Below the pieces are notes generated by a model, which was not told where the DNA came from, made no database searches, and saw only the letters and a program-made list of their open reading frames with translations. From a virus, in the IMG/VR virus record IMGVR_UViG_3300029258_002856: a stretch of 64,000 nt of DNA; one strand, 5' to 3'. Below, one piece after another: positions 29,603-37,924 of the stretch (the first letter of the stretch is position 1; each line of letters begins with the position of its first letter). The position numbers and the translations under genes were made by a program.

Positions 29603-29607
29603 ATGTG

Positions 29608-29639
29608 TTGCCTCCTTTTTGACGTCTGTCTATAATTCA
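29608..29639 (+). promoter_or_regulatory. Sigma70-type promoter for the 29673-31460 gene pair
   Basis: TTGCCT (29608-29613), 17 bp spacer, TATAAT (29631-29636) followed by TCA. Confidence 0.55.
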
Positions 29640-29672
29640 GTGGGCGTAAACAACAACCCAACTGAGGTAGTG

Positions 29673-30680
29673 ATGAGCGACATTATCGACCAAACGAATG
29701 ATCCGGGATTTTCGGTCCTGCGGACCATCTGCGACCAGTTTCCGCAAGTGCGGGAGATGTCCAAGACCGCTGAGCTCGACCCGGAGGTTCTTGCGGAGCT
29801 TCCGGATGCAGCGTTCGCTTGGCCAGGCCGCCGACAATTCCCGATTCACAACCGGGAGCACACGATTCTGTCTCTCGGTTACCGCAAGCACGCCAGCGCG
29901 GTTCCGGCCGACGTCGATGCGCGGCTGACCAAGGCGGCAGAGGTTTACGGCGTAGTGAACAGCGTTTTTGAAACGCCAATCGCCATCGAGAAACAGGCGT
30001 CTCCGGAGTACTGGCTGATTCCGGAGAAGAAACGGTTCCTGGTGAAAGAAGCCGCCGATGTCCCGGTCGCGGAGAAGGTGGTCCTCGAGCGATTCAAGGA
30101 GCTGCCCTTCGAAGACCGAGCTACCGCTGCTCAGAATCTCGTGAAAGTCGCCCAACACTTCGGTGTTGAACTATCTCCTTCTACCCACAAACTCGCGGGA
30201 TTTACTGTGACCAGCACGCAGATGCTGCGGGACTACATCGGCGCACGCCGAGAGGCGGCCATCAAGCTCGGGTCCACCATCAGCGACGCGTATCGAGAGC
30301 TGGACGTGGGCCTTTCGGGAATGAATCCGTTCTTTTCGGATGCCAAGCAGCAGACGAAAATCGCCAAAACTCTCTATGAGTTGGACCACCAGTCTGGAGT
30401 GGAGAAGCTCTATGGGTCGAAGGTTCCGGACCCCATGCTGTCAGTCTTCAACACCACCAAGATTGCGGCTAGCCAGGTGAACCTCAACGGGGAGCTGTTC
30501 GACAAGATTAAGCTCGCGTCGTTGCCAGCAACCTTCTGGCAAGATGCCCTCGGAGAGGACGTGGCCAAGGAAGTAACCTCGGATGGAGTTGTGGACGCCG
30601 AGAAGTTGGCCCAGGTGTTGAGCACGTTGCCACAAGACCTGAAGACGACCCTCGTGACTCAGCTGACGCCCTACAAGTAG
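29673..30680 (+). CDS. Hypothetical K-x-A-rich protein (putative head/internal virion protein)
   Basis: Start reassigned to ATG 29673 (SD GAGGT); KTAE, KHAS, KAAE, KQAS, KEAA, KIAA, KLAS, KLAQ. Confidence 0.7.
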   Translation: MSDIIDQTNDPGFSVLRTICDQFPQVREMSKTAELDPEVLAELPDAAFAWPGRRQFPIHNREHTILSLGYRKHASAVPADVDARLTKAAEVYGVVNSVFETPIAIEKQASPEYWLIPEKKRFLVKEAADVPVAEKVVLERFKELPFEDRATAAQNLVKVAQHFGVELSPSTHKLAGFTVTSTQMLRDYIGARREAAIKLGSTISDAYRELDVGLSGMNPFFSDAKQQTKIAKTLYELDHQSGVEKLYGSKVPDPMLSVFNTTKIAASQVNLNGELFDKIKLASLPATFWQDALGEDVAKEVTSDGVVDAEKLAQVLSTLPQDLKTTLVTQLTPYK

Positions 30681-31460
30681 ATGTACGAGAAATTGGCAGC
30701 ACTCACAGAGAAGATTCCCACGCTCTGTGCCTATCACGAGAAGTCCGCGAGCGAGGAGGAGTACGCTCGGGAGCTGTTGCGCGGTCCCGATGATGACACA
30801 GCAGCGGGTCTCTTCCTGGCGGTGCGCACTCTCTACGGGTTGGACGTTCTTTCTTGGGAGCCAGAGACGCTGTGGGTGACCATGGAGAAGGACGGCTTCG
30901 ACTTACCGGAAGAGGCACGCAACAAGATACAAGCCGCCATCACGCTCATCGTGAACCCCGCTTTCTACTGGGACAGCATCGCGTTTCAACGTACGGTGCA
31001 GGCTTTCAACGATATTCCTTTCGACCCAGAGGCACTTCAGGAACCAGCAGTCGCGCATATGGATTGGGCAGTCTACGAGGCAAAGACGATTCGAGGACTC
31101 GACCCGGACGACCCTGGTAAAGCGCCAGACTTTGACGAGGACGTTCAAATGTTCGTGGCGGTCGTCCTCAAGCGCGCGGGCTTCATCTACCCACCTAAGT
31201 CACTGCGGTTCTCGGAGAGCGCGCTCGATAAACTTTACGCCGTAGACCCCACCGGACTCAAAAAAGAGGTCGCAGCCGCCTGGAAAGCTGTCGACCAGAA
31301 CCGTCTCCAAAACACTGAGTTTTCAGAGAATGCTCTGGGCGTACAGCTTGCCAAGCTGGCTGCTTGTTACCTCTACACCAAGGACCGTGCCGAGAAGCTA
31401 GCCGAAGAGCTAGTCGGGTTCCAGGTGACTAGCGCCTCTTCTTCTTCCGGGATTTCTTGA
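30681..31460 (+). CDS. Hypothetical K-x-A-rich protein
   Basis: Abuts the previous stop; KLAA, KSAS, KLAA, KLAE. Confidence 0.7.
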   Translation: MYEKLAALTEKIPTLCAYHEKSASEEEYARELLRGPDDDTAAGLFLAVRTLYGLDVLSWEPETLWVTMEKDGFDLPEEARNKIQAAITLIVNPAFYWDSIAFQRTVQAFNDIPFDPEALQEPAVAHMDWAVYEAKTIRGLDPDDPGKAPDFDEDVQMFVAVVLKRAGFIYPPKSLRFSESALDKLYAVDPTGLKKEVAAAWKAVDQNRLQNTEFSENALGVQLAKLAACYLYTKDRAEKLAEELVGFQVTSASSSSGIS

Positions 31461-32694
31461 AGTCGTCGTCCACCGCACGGTGAGACTTATCCAACTTCTT
31501 GTGTGCCGCGACCCACTCATCGAAGGTGTACATCTTCCGCATCAGCGTCTTCAGGTACTCCTCCGCGTTGTTGGATTGTGCCACGCGCTTCATGCTGTTC
31601 ATGATTGCGCCGACGTTCTCCGGCGGCTGGGTATCGATGAACCGTACGAAGTTCTCCGCTACCTCGTCCACCTCGAACTGCTTAGCGAAGAGAATCTCCA
31701 GGACGTTCATGTTGAGGTCCATGAGCGCTTCCTGGTTGGTGTTCTTGACGAGCGTCGCCACCTTCTTGCGCACCTTCCCGTAGTTCCGCAGTACGTCCTC
31801 GGGACTGATGGCCGTCGAGCGGTCACGCAAGAATGCGCTGAGCTGGTTCGTTGCGGTTTCACCGATGGACGCGGCGAAGCGCACGGAGGCGAACGTTCCT
31901 CCGAGGTTCATACCGCTGTTCTCCATCAGGTAAGCGTCGAGCGAAATCGTCTGGATGGTCGCGGGGCACGTGTACTGCTTGTTCTGTTCCCGCGCCTTCT
32001 TGTCGTCAATCATCTCCGCCTTGTTCTCGAAGAACTCCAGGATGTCGGGGTGGCACGGCTTCCGACCGCCCAGCGCATTGATGTCGACCTCCGTCGAGTG
32101 GAAGAGGTCGGTGGCTGCGTGGTCCAGAAAGGACCGGGTGGTCGGTACGGCGAAGATGAACTTCAGCCGTCGCCGCAGCGCCGCGTTGTTCTCGATCTGC
32201 GTGACCGTGTACTGTGCGGTGTTGGGGTTCATCATGGCCACCACCAGGGCGCTCTCCGGCAGGAAGTAGTTGAACATCTGCCGGTCCTCAATCATGCTGA
32301 AGAACATCGAGATGGCGTGCTGCTGGCCCTGGTTGATTTCGTCGAACATGACGATGGCCTTCTCCCCCTCGGCGGGGAAGACCTCAGGCAGCTTGATTTT
32401 GAAGAAGTCGACTCCCTTGGCGTCCTTGACGCTGGGGATGCCCGTCCCCATCAGACCGAAGTGCGCGGTCCGGATGTCACACACCCGGGCCTCTTCTTCC
32501 TCAGCCAGTTGGTGCACGATCTGGGACTTGCCCATCCCGGCCTCTCCCACGATACACCAGACACCGCGAAAGGCCTTGTGCCGCATCGAGAAGCGGAGTT
32601 GTTCCTTGATGTCGGCGATGCTCCCCGAGGGGATATCGTACAACTCGGTGTACGACATCTGTGCCTTTTCTTTTTCGTTGGTTCCAGTTGACAT
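31429..32694 (-). CDS. MoxR-type AAA+ ATPase
   Basis: Walker A GEAGMGKS, Walker B VMFDEINQ, sensor AMMNP, arginine finger AALRRR; SD AGGAGG. Confidence 0.85.
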   Translation of the reverse strand: MSTGTNEKEKAQMSYTELYDIPSGSIADIKEQLRFSMRHKAFRGVWCIVGEAGMGKSQIVHQLAEEEEARVCDIRTAHFGLMGTGIPSVKDAKGVDFFKIKLPEVFPAEGEKAIVMFDEINQGQQHAISMFFSMIEDRQMFNYFLPESALVVAMMNPNTAQYTVTQIENNAALRRRLKFIFAVPTTRSFLDHAATDLFHSTEVDINALGGRKPCHPDILEFFENKAEMIDDKKAREQNKQYTCPATIQTISLDAYLMENSGMNLGGTFASVRFAASIGETATNQLSAFLRDRSTAISPEDVLRNYGKVRKKVATLVKNTNQEALMDLNMNVLEILFAKQFEVDEVAENFVRFIDTQPPENVGAIMNSMKRVAQSNNAEEYLKTLMRKMYTFDEWVAAHKKLDKSHRAVDDDFKKSRKKKRR

Positions 32695-32727
32695 GTTTTC
32701 CTCCTGCCTTTTAACTTAGGGGTTACG

Positions 32728-34338
32728 ATGCCGCGACTAAGCGCATGTTTGAGCGACGTTGCTGAGGCGTGGATACACCTCAACGGCCAACCCTTTCGTC
32801 TTGACGACTGGCCGATGCACAAAGCGTTCTACGACGGACGCTATCCCCGTACCCTGATGAAGACGAGCCGCCAGGTCGGGAAGTCCACGACCCTGGCAAA
32901 CTTCAGCATTACTGAGTGCAGTCTTATACCGCATTTTTCAACAATGTTCGTCACGCCTACACGGGAGCAAACAGTTCGTTTTTCCAACTCTAGAGTGCAG
33001 AAGACGATGCGGTATTCGCCGCGCATCAACAAATTCCTGCACCCTGACCTAGCTGACCGCGTATTTCACAAGCAGTTCACCAACGGTTCGGAGATGCTCT
33101 TCACCTACGCGTTGGACGACCCGGACCGGCTGCGTGGGCCTTCGACTGACCGCAATTTATATGATGAGGTTCAGGACCTTCTTTACGACCCGGTAGTGCT
33201 CGTCGGGAATGAAACACTGTCCGAGTCAGATTATCAATACGAAACTTACGCCGGGACTCCCAAGACGATGGAGAACACCATCCAGTACCTCTGGGAGTTG
33301 TCCACTCAGACAGAGTGGGTGATGAAGTGTGATTCCTGCGGTTCGTACCAGTATATCGATACGGAGAAGGCTCTCGGAAAGACTGGTCCTATCTGCCTCA
33401 AATGCAGCGCGTATCTCAATCCGCGCAACGGGCAGTGGATTGACATGAATCCCCCGGACGATGACGTACCGGACGAAGACGTGCTGCTCAAGGGCTTTCA
33501 CATCAGTCAGCTCATCATGCCGTCCAACGTGCCGCTCTCCATGAAGCATGACGCCAAATTGGAAGAGCGCGCCCTCAAACGTTGGAATCGTATTCTCCGC
33601 AAATACGAAGAGACTCCCAATCCCGCTACCTTCCGAAACGAGGTCCTGGGTGTCTCGGACGCCATTGGTACCCGGCTCATCAGCCTGGAGGAACTGCAAG
33701 CGTTATGCACCGGCAAAGAGCTTGTGCAATTTCCCAAAGACTCGGACTTCCTCGGCTACTCGATGCATGTCGCAGGCGTTGACTGGTCAGGGGGAGGGAC
33801 TACTGGCATCTCGCGCTCCGTCCTCTGGATTTGGGGCTTTCGGCCCGCAGACCAGAAGATGGTGTGCCGCTACTACAAGGTCTATCCTGGGACCAACCCC
33901 GTGCATGCCGTGGAAGAGATAGCGACCATCTGTAGCGGCTACCAAGTAGCTATGGTTGCTGGGGATGCGGGCGAGGGCGCACTCGCAAACGATTTACTCC
34001 GTAAAAGCCTCGGCCATCATCGAGTGACCCAGGTGCAATACGGGTCCCAATCTCGGGCGATGAAGTGGAACGGTCAGGACCGCTACAACGCTGACCGTAC
34101 CACGCTCATCGACAACTACTTCATGTTACTAAAAAAAGGAGCGGCCGAGTTAGGACCGCTCCATCAGATGCAAACCGCGATAGATGACATCCTCAATGAA
34201 TACGAGGAGGTCACCCACACGGGGAAGAAAGTATGGCGGCATTCGCCACAGAAACCTGACGACTGTTTGCACGCCGGTCTCTTCGGTTGGGTCGCGCTGA
34301 AGATTAAACAAAACGACATGAAGTTCTATCAGGAGTAG
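32728..34338 (+). CDS. terL: Terminase large subunit (GpA-like)
   Basis: KTSRQVGKST Walker A, LRGPS..RNLYDEVQD Walker B, CDSC/CLKC Zn, nuclease acidic residues GVDWSG, VAGDAG, DDCLHA. Confidence 0.85.
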   Translation: MPRLSACLSDVAEAWIHLNGQPFRLDDWPMHKAFYDGRYPRTLMKTSRQVGKSTTLANFSITECSLIPHFSTMFVTPTREQTVRFSNSRVQKTMRYSPRINKFLHPDLADRVFHKQFTNGSEMLFTYALDDPDRLRGPSTDRNLYDEVQDLLYDPVVLVGNETLSESDYQYETYAGTPKTMENTIQYLWELSTQTEWVMKCDSCGSYQYIDTEKALGKTGPICLKCSAYLNPRNGQWIDMNPPDDDVPDEDVLLKGFHISQLIMPSNVPLSMKHDAKLEERALKRWNRILRKYEETPNPATFRNEVLGVSDAIGTRLISLEELQALCTGKELVQFPKDSDFLGYSMHVAGVDWSGGGTTGISRSVLWIWGFRPADQKMVCRYYKVYPGTNPVHAVEEIATICSGYQVAMVAGDAGEGALANDLLRKSLGHHRVTQVQYGSQSRAMKWNGQDRYNADRTTLIDNYFMLLKKGAAELGPLHQMQTAIDDILNEYEEVTHTGKKVWRHSPQKPDDCLHAGLFGWVALKIKQNDMKFYQE

Positions 34339-34346
34339 TCTTCCTT

Positions 34347-34858
34347 GAGCGGTCTCTTTTGCGGACACCGCGCGAAGGAGCTGTTCACCGCTCCGGAGCT
34401 GTCCGCAAAACAACGCAGACAGTGAACGGAGGCATGTCCAGCGTCGAAGAGCTGCTCCGACAGCTCTGGTTCCTGGACATGGTGACGTGAGCCCATTCAG
34501 GGCTTTTCATGTGCGTTACGCGCATGGTTTTCCGGAATCGCCGGATCGAAGACTACAACTTCGTGGTCGCGTTGCTTGGTGGACTTCCTTCCTCAGACCT
34601 GGAGGAGGAAGAGAAGTCGCTACCGCAGGCGGCGAGTACTGCTCAGCAAGCCGAGGAGTACCGCTCAGGAACGTAGTCAGGATGTTGCATCCTTTTGTCA
34701 GCAAATGACTCCAACGCTGGTAGTTCGATTCGACAATGTGAGTGGAAATGACCTTCCACTCAGATTGGAAAATCGAATGGCGAAGCTGCCCCCGAGTTGG
34801 TTCTGTCAGATTACGGTTACCAGCTTAATCAAAGAACCACTCGGGTTAGGACCTGTTC
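34347..34858 (+). ncRNA. Candidate large structured non-coding RNA (~510 nt) of unknown class
   Basis: About 12 hairpins in the terL-polA gap (details in findings), a closing stem 34347-34355/34849-34858, a possible pseudoknot, and G-U pairs that are consistent on the plus strand. Confidence 0.7.
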
Positions 34859-37800
34859 TTATACCGTCACGAGCTGCTGGAATTCGGAGCGGATATCCTG
34901 CTCGATGTGTTCGTCTTCGTCACCCAGACGGTACTCTGGGTTCTCGGAAAGGTAGGACTCGACAGACGCTAGCTCCCCGTAGCTCGGGCCGACTTCCACG
35001 TCCCATTTGAAGGGGACCGGCATCCAGGGGTACTGCTCTCCCACACGCTTTACGCCGTATTCCTCGATGAAGTCCGGAACCTGTGAGATGTACTGCTTGG
35101 GGATTTCGAAGACCACAGAGTCGTGAACGGTGATGAGCATGCGTCCGTGGAAGTCTTGTTCCAGCGGGTCCATCAATTCGCAGAGTACCCCAAGAACCAC
35201 ATCAGATGACGTGCTCTGAATCTTGAAGTTGACGGCCTGGCGTTCGGCCTTGTTACGGAGGTGGAAGATGAGCCCCTTCAGGTTGAAGCGGCGGCGGCGA
35301 CCCAGAAAAGTCTCTACCGTCTCGAGGTGGCGTACCTGGTCCTTGGTGAGCCGGATGTAGTGCTTGATAGTAGGGAACATCTTGAAGAGGGTGTCGATGA
35401 TGACGTCTGCTTGCTCCTGGGGGATGCCCACGATGTAAGACACCTTTCGGGGACTCGCCCCGTAGAGGATGCCGAACACCACACGCTTGATGGTCTTGCG
35501 CAGTTTGCCCAGGCGCTTTCCGTACTCCGGGTCGGGTCCTGGGTTTTCCGGGGTGCCCTTGTAGTAGTCGCGTTTCTGGAAGTCCTCGTAGGACCATGCG
35601 TGCTCGTCGTCGATGCCGACAGTTTCCATCACAGCTTTCCGCATTATGGGTTCCACATCCTGCAACACCGTCGCAGGGTTGTAGACCATCGAAGCGAAGA
35701 AGCTGTGGGGGTCCATTCCGTCGTTCAGCGCCTTGATGAGATTGGGGTCCCGACTGTAGGCAGCGTAGATTCTAACCTCAGCGGCCTTGGCGTCCGCGTT
35801 GACGATGACCTCGGTTTCCGGGTCCGTAGGAATGAACATTTTCTTGAGGTTGTGCTTGCCGATGCGCACTGGGACATTCTGCATGTTCTCGTCGGAGCTG
35901 CTGAGACGGCCAGTCGAGGTCCCGGCAATGTGGAATGAGGTGTGCATCCGTCCGTCTTCCATGCTCAGAGTCTGGACGTTGGCGACGAACGTGTTTCGGG
36001 CTTTGCTAGTCGCTCGGAATTTGAGAACAGCTTTGGCAAAGGGGCATTCGAATTGCGTGACGAGGCTCCGCAAGAACGCTTGGTTCGTGGACTCAAGGCC
36101 GGTGCTGGTGTAGATAGGTTCCACCCTACCGCGGTAACAAATTGCTTCTTGGGTTTCCGGGTGCAGGTAGCCAGACGCGAACAGTATCTTGCGGAGGTGG
36201 GCGGTGCTCCCCGGATTAAAGGGGTCCTTGAGCACCTTCGGTGGAATCATCTCATTGAGAATCTGCCTGGACTGCCGCAAAGACTGGTCCATGTCGATGA
36301 TGAGCTCGTCAATATAGTCGTGGTCTGCGCGGATGCCCGTGGCTTCCATCCTGGCCAAGGCACGCGTCGCTGGAATCCCGCGCTTAATCATCAGCTGTCG
36401 AAGTGGATTCGGGTCTTTCACACCTGGACGAGCGATGGCACGCATGTACTTGTTCTTGGTCTTCCACAGTTCGTTACGCTTCTTGTAGAGGCGCTTGTTT
36501 TCCTCCGCCATGCGTCGCATCTGGATGATGGCAATCTGCCGGGTTACGTCGCCGTCGATAGCACCGTACTCGTTCAGCTGTTTGAGCGGTACGTATAGAA
36601 AACCATCGTCCTCTGCCAACTTCTTGGCGGCACCCCGCAGTTTGGATTTGGGAATGGTAGGTTTGACACCATCCGCTTCGTTTTTGAGCTGTTGCACCTG
36701 GGTCGGGGCTTCGAGCATGTTCAGAATGTCGTGGAGTTGGTCCTCGTATCCAGCGTACTTCGGGAGCATCAGCTTGGTGACATCCTTGAGGCTGTAGTAG
36801 CCCTTCTTATCTTCTTCAAGGAGGTGCTCACCTATCATCGTGTCCCAAGAAATGCGACGAATGTAGAAACCTTTACGCTCGAAGACTTTCAGGTCGTACT
36901 TGATGTTGTGGCCTACTTTGGGCTTGGAGCATGTTACCAGCTCGGCAATATACGGGCGCACGGCTTCCGGCTTCCAAGGAGTTTCCGGATGTTCATAGGG
37001 AATGGAGCACGCCTGCCCTTCTTCCCAGGAAGCCACGACGCTCAAGAGCTTGAGCTTTTGTCTATGGGGGTGCAGAGTGTTCGTTTCAGTGTCCAGAGAC
37101 AGCAGCACATGTCGAGGGTCTTTGCCTGGAGGTGCGTAGTTGATGATGAACTCGACGAGTTCCCGCACTTCTTTGGGCGATGAGGGAAAGATGTAGCTCT
37201 CAACTATCTGCTCCATGGGGACCACGGTCTGGACTATCTCTCCTTTCGAGAGTGCGTACGTTCCGTGGATGAAGTTTTCGACGTGGCGCTCCAGTACATT
37301 GACGTACCCGGACTTGGCCGCGAGCTGACGTTTCGATAATGACGGATAGATAAAAACGCGACGTCCTTGAACTTGCACCTCCAAGAATTTACCCTGCACT
37401 TCTTTGTACTTTCCGTACTTGACTCCGAGGGAGCGTAGGACAGCGGGGCCGAGGGCCAATACGGCGATGGGCCGGTGCTGGGGAGCGTGCTTCAGTAGTT
37501 CTCGGTGGAAGAGCGGTGAGCAGCAATCGCCCATTCGCTTGTTGGGTTTATCGATAGCGCAGCGGATGGCATAGGTATAACGCCCTTCTAGCCCCGCAAA
37601 CATCCGGTTGTGCTCTTTAAAGCGCGATACGGTTTGCCGGATGATGCGTTCGGTATCGAGAGACCATCCCTGGTGGTTATCCAGGTCTCCGGATGGCCCC
37701 ATGACGTGGGGAGACTCCGCGATGATGTAGTAGTCGGCGGGTGTATGGTCCGCACCGATGCCTTCGGTGTAATGTTTCTTGCGGTAAAGGGGGCACTCAG

Positions 37801-37924
37801 AACAGAGTGGGCCTTTCCAGGCCCTGGCACCGCAAAGATTGCAGTCTATGTAGTCGCTACCAGTCGACGTTGCTTCCGAAGTCTTCGTCGATGTCTGGTT
37901 CGTCGAGTGAGGGTTCTTCGGCAT
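34859..37924 (-). CDS. polA: Family A DNA polymerase with N-terminal uracil-DNA-glycosylase-like (family 4, Fe-S) domain and 3'-5' exonuclease
   Basis: Exo LSLDTET, GHNIKYD, YGAIDGD; pol TSTGRLSSS..NMQN, NADAKAAEVR, RKTIKRVVFGILYG, ITVHDS; N-terminal C..C..CP, IIAESP, AIRC, ALG; SD GGAGG before ATG 37924. Confidence 0.92.
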   Translation of the reverse strand: MPKNPHSTNQTSTKTSEATSTGSDYIDCNLCGARAWKGPLCSECPLYRKKHYTEGIGADHTPADYYIIAESPHVMGPSGDLDNHQGWSLDTERIIRQTVSRFKEHNRMFAGLEGRYTYAIRCAIDKPNKRMGDCCSPLFHRELLKHAPQHRPIAVLALGPAVLRSLGVKYGKYKEVQGKFLEVQVQGRRVFIYPSLSKRQLAAKSGYVNVLERHVENFIHGTYALSKGEIVQTVVPMEQIVESYIFPSSPKEVRELVEFIINYAPPGKDPRHVLLSLDTETNTLHPHRQKLKLLSVVASWEEGQACSIPYEHPETPWKPEAVRPYIAELVTCSKPKVGHNIKYDLKVFERKGFYIRRISWDTMIGEHLLEEDKKGYYSLKDVTKLMLPKYAGYEDQLHDILNMLEAPTQVQQLKNEADGVKPTIPKSKLRGAAKKLAEDDGFLYVPLKQLNEYGAIDGDVTRQIAIIQMRRMAEENKRLYKKRNELWKTKNKYMRAIARPGVKDPNPLRQLMIKRGIPATRALARMEATGIRADHDYIDELIIDMDQSLRQSRQILNEMIPPKVLKDPFNPGSTAHLRKILFASGYLHPETQEAICYRGRVEPIYTSTGLESTNQAFLRSLVTQFECPFAKAVLKFRATSKARNTFVANVQTLSMEDGRMHTSFHIAGTSTGRLSSSDENMQNVPVRIGKHNLKKMFIPTDPETEVIVNADAKAAEVRIYAAYSRDPNLIKALNDGMDPHSFFASMVYNPATVLQDVEPIMRKAVMETVGIDDEHAWSYEDFQKRDYYKGTPENPGPDPEYGKRLGKLRKTIKRVVFGILYGASPRKVSYIVGIPQEQADVIIDTLFKMFPTIKHYIRLTKDQVRHLETVETFLGRRRRFNLKGLIFHLRNKAERQAVNFKIQSTSSDVVLGVLCELMDPLEQDFHGRMLITVHDSVVFEIPKQYISQVPDFIEEYGVKRVGEQYPWMPVPFKWDVEVGPSYGELASVESYLSENPEYRLGDEDEHIEQDIRSEFQQLVTV

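Noticed and set aside
34434-34676. In-frame ORFs MSSVEELLRQLWFLDMVT* and MCVTRMVFRNRRIEDY...SGT* (possible TGA readthrough)
   Set aside because: SD is only 1 nt from the first ATG and absent for the second; other genes use TGA as a stop; dense base pairing better explains the region, though it is not fully excluded
34719-34735. GTTCGATTC resembling a tRNA/tmRNA T-loop
   Set aside because: Flanks GGTAG/CGACA do not form a T-stem, there is no acceptor stem or CCA, and the segment is one arm of a longer hairpin
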